This document shows positions 22,974 to 36,813 of a stretch of DNA of 64,000 bases, piece by piece. The notes below the pieces were generated by a model. It saw only the letters and a list, made by a program, of their open reading frames with translations. It did no database searches and was not told the origin of the DNA. The DNA comes from Octopus sinensis (Eukaryota). Made by a program: the position numbers and the translations under genes. Position 1 is the first letter of the stretch. Every line of letters starts with the position of its first letter. The stretch covers positions 52,762,001 to 52,826,000 of the forward strand of contig NC_042998.1 in NCBI RefSeq assembly GCF_006345805.1. The letters run 5' to 3'.

Positions 22974-25900
22974 ACGAGAAGTTTTATGAAAATAAACAAA
23001 AGACGAAGGCAGGTGGAATACAAACAAACAATTGTATTAGTATGGCGCTCAGGAATATAAATAAAACAAGTCTTTTACGTTTCGAGCCTACGCTCTTCAA
23101 CAGAAAGATACACAGAAAAGAAACACAGAAAGAAACAAGGAGAGAAAAAAAATGCGTGCAGAGGCTAGCGAATCAACATGGCGATTATATATATATATAT
23201 ATGAATACAGGATGCAGATGGTATTTGAGGACAGGTTTATGGTTCTAAAAAATGCTTATATAATAACAGAAGAAAATTGTATTTTTATAAAAATAACAAA
23301 CAAAGCTAAATTATCAATTCGATAATTTCATTCAATAAAACCATCATAAGTATCAATAACAGGCTCTGCATTGGGGTCAAAATCGTTTACAATCAGGGAT
23401 TAAATGGTCTTTGTTCATATCAGACATGACTCAAAATGTGGTGGCTTTCACTGAATCTTTGGTACTATAGGGGTATTCATTGACATTTTTCTCAATGATG
23501 CTGAGTACATAGTAGTCCAGTGGATTGAGATCTGGAAAATTAGGAGGCCAAAGGTTGGAGGTAATGTGATCTTGCAAATTATTGGCCATCCATTCTTGTG
23601 TCATTTGAGCCTTGTGTGATGAAGTACTTGTTGAAAGACATAAGGCCTTCCATTGCATACACTGTTGATCCAAGGCTTAACAACTTTATCCAGAACCTCA
23701 ATATATGCAGCAACATTCACCTTAAGGCCTTGTGGAAAAAAAGTGAGGAGACATCACATGTCCTTCATTGCTAACAACACCCAAAACCATGACAGATGCA
23801 GGAAATTTTGTGTGCATTATTCTTGGAACCTCAGAAAGGTTCACATGTAGCCATCTGTCATTTCTTCTGTTAGTTTTCTGGTCTTGGTGAAAGTTTTTCT
23901 CATCTGAGAAAATCCAAATAACACCATCTTCTGATGGATTTTTAGAGTTTGTTCAAAAGTCTTTTGAATCTGATTAAACGGCTTTCTCTTGTTTTTTCCT
24001 GACATGAATTGACCTCTCCTCATCATGTAAGATTTGTATCAGATGTCTTCATTCACATTACTGACTGTTTTTTCTGACATGAAATTTTTTTGCAATTGAC
24101 CTTATTGATTTTCCTGGATTGTCTTCAATGTCCTGCTTAGGTTCTTGAATAAGTTCAGGTGTCCTGATAGAATCAGAGCATTTGGGATGTTTTTTTTACG
24201 TTTTGATATCAGTAATACACTTCCATTTTCTTTCTCTAACTCACACCAGCCTTGTGGACAAAAGATCTTGCAGCTTTCAGAAAATGAAGAATTTCTAAAT
24301 CACCATGCTTAGCCTTCAAAACCACAATTACAGCTTGCCTTTTCATTTCATTTCAAATTGCATAGCTCATATCTCCATCATCATCATTTAATGCTCTTTT
24401 TTCCCCATACTGGTATGGGTTGGATGGTTTGACAAGAACAGAGAAGTCAGAGGGCTCTGCTGGTTCTGTGTCTGCTTTAGCACACTTTCTACAGCTGGAT
24501 ACTTTCTCTAATGCCAACCATTTAACAGAGTGTAGTGGATGCTTTTTACATGGCACCAGCACCAGTGAGGCCACTAAGGAGCTGCAAGATAAGCCTCCTC
24601 AATGGAGTGCAGTATAGGCTGGAGGAATAAGAAACCATGAAGAGGGAGTGGATTTGTTGTCTTGCTGAAGAAGTGAACACATGGCTTGCCCACCTGGAAA
24701 GTGAGTAAATTGAACTGCAATAATGTAAATGGTGTATTTAGCTATTGGTTGTTTTAAAGACCATATAAAATAAGAGCATCATTACTCAGAGCTACCAAAG
24801 GGAGTGCCATTAAGGCAGAGCTGATTGGTAGGGCCCTGAATGACAAAGCACATTCTGTCTTGAAAACCACAAAGCCACCTGTCACTGAGGTAGGGTTCTA
24901 CCATGATGAAAAGCTCCAAGGCTCTTAAAGAGCAAGAACATTCTAGAGACAAACTGTGTGGCTTTCTCTTTCATAATGTAAATGCTTTATTAGCAGATGC
25001 ATAGAGAAAAAAAGAGGTTGTAGTAAAGAAATACCATTGGGATTTATTGATAGTATGCTTTGTGACTGTTCTGCAAACCTGTTGTTTACAGTATCATTGT
25101 ATATTAGCAGTAAAAGCCTTAGTTAGAAATAACTTACTCTGTAAGAATGATTACTGGTAGGCTAGTAATTAGAGTTATGAAAGAGTAAATTGAATCCTTC
25201 TTTTATAATGATGTATGCTTAGAATAAGTCCATTTTTAAGTTAGTTAATTTCATATGTAACTTAAACATATATAGTGAGGGATGCTCAATCTAGTACGTT
25301 GTTTCTCAAACATTTTTTGTCTATAAACCTGTTTGGTTCCTATTTTACTCTATAGGCCCCCCCCCCTAATCATTTAATGTTTAAAAAATCTTATTATATT
25401 TTTATAATTAAGTACTACTAGGAATTGTCTAAAAAAAAATTGTTAAAATATTTTGCATATAGTAGAAGTATAAGAAATTTTTTGCTGATAAATTTTAGCA
25501 ACAAAATCTTATAAGGACCCTAGTTAAAAGCCATCGATCTAGCACATACATAAATAGTTCAAATCCATGGTACAAGACTGCTACCAGTAAATCATTTTCT
25601 CACAAGAAGGTAGGAGTTTTAGAGGTGTATCTTCTCATAGGAATGTAGGTGGTTAATTTAAGCATTGACACACAAGCAAACAGGGTGGTGGTATGCTGTT
25701 ACTGCTATTGATTCTGCATTTATCAGATAGGCATGTGGATTGATTCTCAATTATATAAGCCACAAATTAAATCTGTTGTTGTGAGATTATATTGTTGGTA
25801 ATATATTTTTCCATTTCATTCTAAGTGATTCATTTCAAAGTAAACATATTTAAATGGAGTTGAAGTGCTAGATCTGATGTCTGCAGAAAGATTATATTAC

Positions 25901-26286
25901 CAATAAATAAATAATAAATAAATAAATAAATAAATAGTATTAAAAAAATATGATTCACAACTAAGATAATTTTACAGACTATTAATCTCATTTTTAGATA
26001 TGAAATATTTTCTAATATTGACATCTATACAATTTTTTATTTGGTTTATCTCAGGTGTCTTATTCCTGGATGTGTACATCATACTGTACTGGAATTCAAT
26101 TAGAAGCTTTATTTTTATGCTAAGAGTAATAATTTGTCTTGTCCATAAGGCCACTGTTTTCATCCATAGTTTGAAAATAATGCTTTCTAATTTGTATCAT
26201 GTCCAGGAAGAAGATATAGGATGACAATGGGAGATTAAACTGACTGAAATATCAGAAACCTTTTAAACCCATTATTATCAATAATG

Positions 26287-26347
<61 letters not shown>

Positions 26348-26769
26348 TAATAATAATATAAACTCTAGATGAGGTTAACAGTCTGGAAAGTGATAATCTT
26401 ATTAGCAAATAACTTGTTTCAGACATTTAGAGATTAGGAATTGGTAAAAGATTTATAACAACAAACTTACTTGGAAGCACATCGATGTATCTGTTTTTCT
26501 CTTCCACACCAAGTGGCAGATCCGAGTGTTTTGGACAGATATTTGGAAGCAACTGCAATAAAAGCAAACGAATAAAACATCCAGTTTCCATTATGAAAAT
26601 AAATGGAATGAAAGAAGCTAATGAGATATTGGTAAAGCAAGGAATCATATAAGAATGCAGACAGGCATAGGAGTGGCTGTGTGGTAAGTGCATGACACCT
26701 TGGGCCGACCAAAGCCTTATTAGTAGATTTGGTAGAAGGAAACTGAAAGAAGCCTGTCATATATATGTG

Positions 26770-26835
<66 letters not shown>

Positions 26836-29800
26836 ATATATGTCTGTGTGTCTGTGTTTGTTCCCCCAACATTGCTTGACAACCGATGCCGGTGTGTTTA
26901 CATCCCCCCATAACTTAGTGGTTCAGCAAAAGAGACCGATAGAATAAGTACTAGGCTTACAAAGAATAAGTCCTGGGGTCGATTTGCTCGACTAAAGGCG
27001 GTGCTCCAGCATAGCCACAGTCAAATGACTGAAACAAGTAAAAGAGTAGATATGTCAATCTTTTCTTCTTTCAGTCATTGGACTGTGTGTGGTGTTCTTG
27101 AGCAAGACACTTTATTTCACATTGTTCCAGTTCATTCATTTGTGGAAATGAGTTGTGATGTCACTGGTGCCAAGCTGTGTTGGCCTTTGCCTTTCCCCTA
27201 TATAACATCAGTCGCCCATGCATACCAGTTTCAGAGGGGAGGCTGGTATGCATGGGTGACGGCTGATCTTCCATAAACAACCTTGCCTGGACTTGTGCCT
27301 CAGAGGGGAACTCTTTTAGGTACAATCCTATAGTCATTCATGACGGAAGGGTGTCTTTACCCTTTACCCATTAGACAGCTTCCATACTAGGACACTGCTT
27401 TGAAGGGTTTAATTTAACAAATTGACCCCAGCACTATTTTTTTTTTATTTTTAAAGCACCCACTACACTCCCGGAGTGGTTGACATTAGGAAGGGCATCC
27501 AGCTGTAGAAACTCTGCCAGATCAGACTGGTGCCTGGCGCAGCCATCTGGTTTGCCAGTCCTCAGTCAAATCGTCCAACTCATGCTAGCATGGAAAGCGG
27601 ATGTTAAGCGATAATGATGATGATTTTCTATTGCATGGTACTTATTGTATCAGTTTCTTTTAGCTGAACCGCTAAGTGACAGGGATGTAAACATACCAGC
27701 ACTGGTAGTGGTGAGGAACAAATGCAAAGACACACAAACATAGATACATACATATACACACATGATGGGTTTCTTTCAGTTTCTGCCTACTAAATCTAAT
27801 CACAAGGCTTTTGTTGGCCTGGAGATAAAAAAACGAATACACTTGCCCAACATGCTATGCTGTGGGACTGAACCCAGAATGACGTGGATTAGGAAACAAA
27901 CTTCGAACCACACAACCACACCTTTGTCGGCATTAAAAAAAGGCAATAAGTGGTGATGAATGAGAATATTTGAACTTGCTTATTTATAACTCAGACAACT
28001 TAGATAGGTTTGGCAATAATTGGTCTATGTTGTTGTTGGTACTCTGTCGGTTGCGACGATAAGGGTTCCAGTTGATCCGATCAACGGAACAGCCTTTTCA
28101 TGAAATTAACGAGCAAGTGGCCGAGCACTCCACAGACACATGTACCATTAACGTAGATCTCGGGGAGATTCAGCATGACACAGAGTGTGACAAGGCTGGC
28201 CCTTTGAAATACAGGTACAGCAGAAACAGAAAGAAAGAGTGAGAGAAAGTTGTAGTGAAAGAGTACAGCAGGGTTCGCCACCACCCCCTGCCGGAGCCTC
28301 ATGGAGCTTTAGGTGTTTTCGCTCAATAAACACAACGCTCAATCTGGGAATCGAAACCATGATCCTACAACTGCGAGTCTGCGCCCCTAACCGCTGGGCC
28401 ATTGCGTCTCCACCAATTAGTCTATGTAATGTCTAATTTAATAGCACCAAACAGGGCAGTCTTTTAAGTCATGTTTCAGAACATCATGCCGAGATGTAAG
28501 ATGTGTTTGGATGTTGGCCATTTTGTATGGTATTTTGTGAAGGAATACATCCAAGTAGCAGTTAAATCTTATGGAACATTTTCCTTTTTCTTCTTTGATT
28601 ACTTCATGTTGGATAAGGCAGGATCAGTTGTAGTAAAAAAGTTGTGATGCAGTGTTGTTATGTGAGCACAGATGTTGTACAGGACATAGTCTAAACAACC
28701 TATTATTCATTTCAGCTATTTTGTTATCTGATATCTTTTGTGTGTCCCATTATGTATACACACATACATTTATATATTGGTTCAAAGCTGAAAGGCGGTG
28801 AGCTGGCAGAAATGTTAGTGCGCCGGGCGAAATGCTCAGTGGTACTTTGTCTGTCGTTACGTTCTGAGTTCAAATTCCACCGAGGTTGACTTTGCCTTTC
28901 ATCATTTTGGGGTTGACAAAATAAAGTACCAGTTTCGCACTGGGGTCGATGTAATCAACTTAATCCCTTTTTCTGTCCTTGTTTGTCCCCTCTATGTTTA
29001 GCCTCTTGTGGGTAGTAAAAGAAATATATTGGTTCAAAGCTGATAATTCACAGTACTGCTTCTACACAGTCTCTTTGCTTTGTCCATATGTTCTTATTGG
29101 TTAATAAACTCGGAGTAATGGTGGAGTGAATCATCAATGTTGAATAAATGTATTCAAATGCAGGTATTAAATTCTCTCTACACACACACCACCACCACTA
29201 CCACTACCACCACCATCAGCATCATCATTTAACATCCGGCTTCTGGGCTTGTATGGGATGGATGATTTAACAGTGTCTGTTGCGTCAGAGGACGGTGCCA
29301 TGCACCAATGTAAATACTTTGGCATGGATTCTGCAGCTGGATTCCCTTTCTAATGCTCACCATTTTTACAGAGTTTATTCAGTGCACTGTTTTTATTTTG
29401 TTTTTACTTATTTATTTTTGTTAGTCACCTCATAACTTGCAACTTTACATGAGGAAGTTGAAATATAATAGAAGGATAGAGAATAGGTATCTTGCTGTAA
29501 AGGAGATGTATGGCTATCCCAAGTGGAAAGGAAAGGTGAGAAAAGAGAGAGGGTTTGAAAGGCAGATACGAAGACAGAAAGAAAGAGAAATAAAGAGAGA
29601 GATAGAAAGTGGTGTCGTGTTTGTGTGTGTGTTTGTGTGTCTGCCTGCCTTTCAGTCAGTATGTAGTATTCTTTTATTTGTTTCAGTCGTTTGACTGCAG
29701 CCATGCTGGAGCACCGCCTTTAGTCGAACAAATTGACCCCAGGACTTATTCTTTGTAAGCCTAGTACTTATTGTATCGGGCTCTTTTGCCGAACTGCTAA

Positions 29801-32800
29801 GTTACAGGGATGTAAACACACCAATATTGATTGTCAAGTGATGGTGGGGGACAAACACAGCCACACAAACACACATATATGACAGGCTTCTTTCAGTTTC
29901 CATCTACCAAATCTTGTCCAAGGTGCCATGCAGTGGGACTGAACCGAAAACCATGTGGTTGGTAAGCAAGTTATTTACCACACACCCACTCCTACACATG
30001 TGTGTGTGTGTGTGTTTGTGTGCATGTGTGCATGCATGTGCGTGCCTGTGTGTGTGTGTCTGTCTGCCTGCCATTCCGTCTGTCTGTATGTATGCCTTTT
30101 CTTTCTCATTTTAATTTTAGAGTAAATTTTAACTGGCCACCAACTTGGTAGCAAGATAGTGAAGGGAAGCATCTTGATTTCACTGTCATCTTCTAAGTCT
30201 TAAGAGGGTCTTACAGATTTTTATCGTCCCAGGTATCTTGACCATTTGTAGCATATAAATTAAAGATTTGCATTCTCTCCTCTAGATTCCAAGATCAGTC
30301 ATACTTTGCTCCAGATAGGTAGGTATGAAGCCTGTTGCCCCAATAATAATGGATATGAATAAGGCGGCGAGCTGGCAGAAACGTTAGCACGCTGGGCGAA
30401 ATGTGTAGCCGTATTTCATCTGCAGTTACGTTCTGAGTTCAAATTCTGCCGAGGTCGACTTTGCCTTTCATCCTTTTGGGGTCAATAAATTAAGTACCAG
30501 TTACGCACTGTGGTCGTTGTAATAGACTTAATTCGTTTGTTTTTCCTTGTTTGTTCCCTCTGTGTTTAGCCCCTTGTGGGTAGTAAAGAAATTAATAATG
30601 CATATGAAGCTGAAAGTGTATTGTGGGTACTGGATTGTTTGTTTGTATGTATGTATGTGTGTGTGTGTGTGTGTGTGTGTTTATTAAAAGGGAAAGTGAG
30701 ACAACATGGAAAATGATTTATGGAAAAGGACAATTAGACAAGAAATATCTCGTGCCAGCTATGGCGTCCAGACTGGTTTCAGTCGTCAGATGTATTACGA
30801 GAATGTTAACTGAGACTGGTACATTGTTTTATTGATTTCTATCTACTGAATGACTAAGGTTTAACATGTTGGTGTAATAGGATGAAACACCATACTTTAG
30901 CATACTCACAAAGACACACAAGTGCATGTTCGCACACACCCCACTCACACTCAAACACAGACGTGTGCATATGTGTGTGTGTGTATGTAGTCAGGGAAGG
31001 AAGCAACAAAGAGGCAGGTAGGTATGCATGCCTATATGTATGTATGTAATGCATGCTTGCATGTATTTTGGCCATATTATGAGGGCTCAGACCCTCTGTG
31101 CTCACATCATCGGGGATGGGGTGGATGGAAAATGGGCTTGACAGAACACAGATGATGATGAAACAATAACATCAATGACTGGTTGAATGAGGACCCTGAC
31201 AGATTGAATGGCTGCAACATGAGACTGCAGTGCATGAAGAGAACTGGTGAATGTATCTGATGTAAACACACCGACATTGGTTGTCAAACGATGGTGGAAG
31301 GACAAACACACACGAATAGATATATGCACATGCACACACACATATATATACACGATGGGCTTCTTTCAGTTTCGGTCAACCAAATCCACTCGCAAGGCTT
31401 TGGTCAACTCAAGGCTACAGTAGAAGAGACCTGCCCAAGGTAACACGCAGCAGGACTGAACCCAGAACCATGTGGTTGGGAAGCAAGCTTCTTACCACAT
31501 AGCCATGCCTGCACCTTCTTTGTGTGGCTGTTTTGTGTAAATTGTAATCTCCCATCCATAATTTAGTTGATATTTTGAAAGTTTTTTAAATACTTTTATA
31601 CTGGGCTGGGATATTGTGTTTTTTTTTCATTTTATGCAAGCCGTCAAATTGATCTAGAACATAGGTTCTCAAAATGGGTGCTACCACCCTCTGATGGATG
31701 TTGAGACGGTCCAGGTGGGCGCAGGTGGTTAAGGGGGCGGAGTGGAGTGGCTAGAGAGAAAGGAGGCGTTGGGAGGAAGACAGTGGATTGTGGGGACACG
31801 CTATGAATTTATTATAATATTATTATAGTATCATATACAAATTATATAATATATTTGTAGTAGCTTAGTGGTTAGAGTGTTGAGCTTATGCTCGTAAGAT
31901 TGTGGTTTCGATTCCTGGACCGGGCGATGCAGTGTGTTCTTGAGCAAAACAATTCATTTCACATTGCTCCAGTCCACTCAGCTGGCAAAAATGAGTAATC
32001 CTGCTACGGACAGGCGTCCTGTCCAGGTGGGGAATTTCTATGCCACTGAAACTGGGAAACCGGCTGTTATGAGCTTGGTATGGCTTGAGAAGGAACATGT
32101 CAAATATCAAATGACTGAATTAAACGAAACTCCCCCACCACCCCACAAACACCGAAAAATAATTCCAATACAACCAGAATTTAAACTGCATGAAATTATT
32201 TCTAGAAAATCTCATGAAAATAATGAAAAGAAATTTAATGAAAATAATATCCATTTTTCTAAAAGTTATGAGGAAACAAAGACAGCAGGTTTGGGGGCAC
32301 ACTTGCCTACGCGAGTGATTGTAAAGCGAACTTCTAAACCTAGGTAATATAAATATCTATTAATTTCGAATATAGCTTGAAAATCCTACTTCTTGAAATT
32401 TTCTGCAACAAACTGGTTTAATTGTACATTAAACTATTCAAGCTATTCTATGAAAAGTTTTAATTATTTTCTATCATGATTAATTCGGTTTGAATTTCCT
32501 TCCATCTTGTAAACCAGTGCTTCCCAAACTATCTAATGTAGCGTACCGGCAGTTTTTTTATCAATGTGCCAGGGACCGGTATTATTTCTTAGTAATATTA
32601 ATTTATACCGGAATCAATATATATATAATGAATATAATAAAAGTTGACAACTATTTTTTATCTTATATTTATTTTATAATGTTTCTTTGTTTTCTGGAAA
32701 CTCGCCGACAGCTGATGGTTCCAAACAATTTGCAAAAGTTTTAAAAGACAACTGAAAGTGATAAAGGGAAATAATTCAGTACATTTAAGAAGCGATTATC

Positions 32801-35800
32801 TCCCTTGAACCAGTCGAAAAAACATTTCGACTATATTTACATAAGCAAACGTAATACATGAGAATCAAATGCATTCTAGCCATGATTAATCGTTATTTTC
32901 TGAAATACATAGGCCTACACCGGTCATGGGCAAGCTGCGGCCCACAGGACATTCTAAATGGCACGCCAATGAAAAATTATCTTGAATTTTTTAAATAGTA
33001 TTTCGGTTCGCCTGATAATGAGTCATTTTACGCACCAGTTTGTCGCCCATAATATCAAGGGCGACGTGTCCTTATTTAGAACGCCAGAGTGGGATTAGGC
33101 TGATATTTCAAGCAATTTCAACGATCACAAATAGGCTTCCTCATCGGTTTCTAAGTGTAATCGTTGTTTATTCTCCTCTTGTAAATTTCAGTTAAACAGA
33201 CCTAAAATTTAAGGTCTCTTAGTAGCAGGGTTTGGTCCGCACCGGGTGACATTTTTAAAGGAGCGGCTCTTTTGGGTCTGCTGAAAGCAATATGTGCTTT
33301 GTGGGGTCCGGGGGCGGCAAACGGAAGGGCTGCTCCGGGTGGCACACACTCTAGCTACGCTAGTGCCTAGCAGCCATCATTCCCTATTTTGTTTTCCAGG
33401 AATAGTGCAGCTAGGATTACATTGTCCAGCGTGCCCTTTTTAAAGATGGTAGCGTGCTAATCTTTTTGTTTGTCAGTAGTTTTGTCTTGATTAAAAGGGT
33501 CGTCTCCATAGCTATAACAAATTCTCAGAGACCAGTGAGATTGACGCCATTAACGTTCTGTTGCAAACTAACGGCTACACGAAAAATATGTGCTGGGAGG
33601 CAATTCCAGAGATCCGAAGTTCTTGAAAGGAAGGGCTGATGCAGTGGTTAGTGTACGGCGACATCCTTTCATTTTCAGTATGACGTCATGTGTCGTTAAA
33701 TCAACCAGCACAGGTTTGACACTTACCATACTTAAAACGAAAGGACGTATGCTGTCTGAGTGGTGGACACAACACGATTGGAAAGGAGGAGAAGAGACGA
33801 GAGAATCAAAAGTCTTTGAGTGGGGTTGGCATGAAACCAGCCAGTTACAAGTATAACCTCTTGCGATGATGGTAGAAAAGGCAGGGAGAGGAGAAAACAC
33901 ATCTATGAGTCACAGTGTACAGAGTAATCTTCCACAGTGGATCTCAGACAAGCTTTATAGAAGGTTTGTAATTGATTGGGGACAAAGTATTTTCTGGTTC
34001 TACAAGGAAAGGCTAGTTGGCATAACTACCAGTTTGGTGTTTCTACCGCTCGTAGACTGTACATCCTCATGACTTTCTTAGATATTTCCAATGAATAAGG
34101 CGGCGAGCTGGCAGAAACGTTAGCACGCAGGGCGAAATGCGTAGCCGTATTTCGTCTGCGGTTACGTTCTGAGTTCAAATTCTGCCGAGGTGTGGATTCC
34201 AATAAAGGTACTAAAGATATACATGCAGGTACTAGTGTTAAACAGGATGACGGATAAAATCTGCCTATCTTTTAAGAACAGATATTTCTCTTTGACAGAT
34301 CTCCCTACATCTATATAATTTCATTCATCAAAAGATTAGTGTAGTAGTTTATCTAATAGCTAGAGTTGAGGTTGTAGGGAATTCATTTGAAGGTTTAAAG
34401 TTCGCTGCGAACGACGAACTATATTTTCAAATAATAATAATAATGAAATTATTGTATAGTGCTCAGGTGCACCACAACTTGTCAGAATGTTCGACAATAC
34501 GCTCAATAAGTTCATATGAATATACGCTCGTATGTTATTTCAACACGCTCATATATTACTGCAGAATATTCACTCATATATTACTTCAATATGCTCTGCA
34601 TAGTTTTAAGTGTATGGTATTCATGTAGTGTACTTCTTACATTTTTTTGAAATCTTCAATTTCAACCGTGTCGGACGAGATAGTTTTTTTCTTTTTTCCT
34701 TCGTTTTTGTTTTCTTTACCGGGATGTAAAATATTGACTGAAATAATTGTTTTATAAATTTAAGTACATGCTCACAAGCCCTAGTTGAGAGAAACATCAG
34801 TAACCTACGAAGGACGGAAGATAAAGTCAGCTCTGGTGGACGATAAGCTCAGATTTCAAAGAAGCGTATCTAAAGTACTTCATTTAGTTCATCATTCTAC
34901 CGTTTTTGTCATTCACAGTTACAATCGAAGAACAATATCTAACTACTAAACAAAAAAGTAAAAAAACAAAACTATAAGTGGAGGCGTGGTAAGAAGCCTG
35001 TTTCCCCAACCACACGGTTTCAGTTCAGTCCCACTGCGTGGCACCTTGAGCAAATGCCTTCTACTATAGCTCCGGGTAGAGCAAAGCCATGTGAGTGGGT
35101 TTGGTAAATGGGAAATGAGGGAAACCCGTCGTATATGTAAGTGTGTGTCTTTGGCCCCCCACTACTGCTTGACAACCGATGTCAGTTTGTTTACCTCCCC
35201 TTAACGGCTTGGTACTAATTGAATACATGCAAGGGTCGATTCGTTCGACTAAGATTCTTCAAGGTGGTGCTCTAGCAAGGCCGTAGTCTAATGAATGAAA
35301 CAAGTAAAAGAGAATTATTACCAAATTGTCAACAAAATGGAATTTATCAATTTTCATTCTGATCGTTTTAATTTTAGCTCTCAGATGAAGAGTTATTTCC
35401 CTTGGAACATGGCACGGTCAAATTCCGACGCCAGTTTCTTGGGAGTCAGAATGACAAACATTAGTTGAATATATCTTCGTACTAAGTTTCCCTAATGCTA
35501 GGGGTTCGTATGTGTGCGCGTGTTGTCGGGCATCCGGGCAGTCTTAGGGTACATGAGTACTGCATATGGCAAATAATTTGCCGTCAAACGCTGGGGTAAT
35601 CTACTAGCCGTCTCCACCAAAATTTCGGATCTTGAGCCTATAGTAGAAAGGATTATTATTATTTGACAGATGGGTTTAGAGGGTACACTTCCCTACGGAC
35701 CCATGGCCTAGGATGATAATTTACAAATAGCCCATATGCTATGACAGTAACGTTTTTTTTTTTAGAAAGTTATATATTTTTTAAATATAAAAGAATGGAG

Positions 35801-36306
35801 TTTATTCATTAATATGTTACTCGTAATTATATGAGTCTCCAAAATACGAAGAAAAACAAGGGGTTGTGTGCATTCGTTCATGTGAGTGTGTACGTAGAAA
35901 AGCACAACTTATACATTTAATATGTGTATTAGAGAGAGAGAGAGAGAGAGAGAGTGAGAGAGAAAGAATATATATATATATATATTAAAGACTCCGCCGG
36001 TTACGACGACGAGGGTCCCAGCTGATACGATCAACGGAACAGCTTGCTCGTGAAATTAACGTGCAAATGGCTGAGCATTCCACAGACACGTGTACCCTTA
36101 ACGTAGTTCTCGGGGATAATCAGCGTGACACAGAGAGTGACAAGGCTGACCCTTTGAAATACAAGTACAACTCATTTTTGCCAGCTGAGTGGACTGGAGC
36201 AACGTGAAATAAAGTGTCTTGCTCAAGGACACAACGCGTCGCCGGGAATCGAACTCACAACCTTACGATCATGAGCCGAATGCCCTAACCACTAAGCCAC
36301 GCGCCC

Positions 36307-36361
<55 letters not shown>

Positions 36362-36565
36362 CTCTTTTACTTGTTTCAGTCATTTGACTGTGGCCATGCT
36401 GGAGCACCACCTTTAGTCGAGCAAATCGACCCCAGGACTTATTCTTTGTAAGCCAAGTACTTATTCTATCGATCTCGCTAAGTTACGGGGAAGTAAATAC
36501 ACCAGCATCGGTTGTCAAGCGATGTTTGGGGGGGAGGGGGCAAACACAGACACACAAACATATAT

Positions 36566-36602
<37 letters not shown>

Positions 36603-36758
36603 ATGGGCCTCTTTCTACCAAAGCCACTCACAAGGCTTTGGTCAGCCCGAGGCTATAGTAGAAGACACTTGCCCAAGGTGCCACGCAGTGAGACTGAACC
36701 CGGAACCATGTGGTTAGTAACCAAGCTACTTACCACCCAGCCACTCCTGCACCAATAT

Positions 36759-36813
<55 letters not shown>

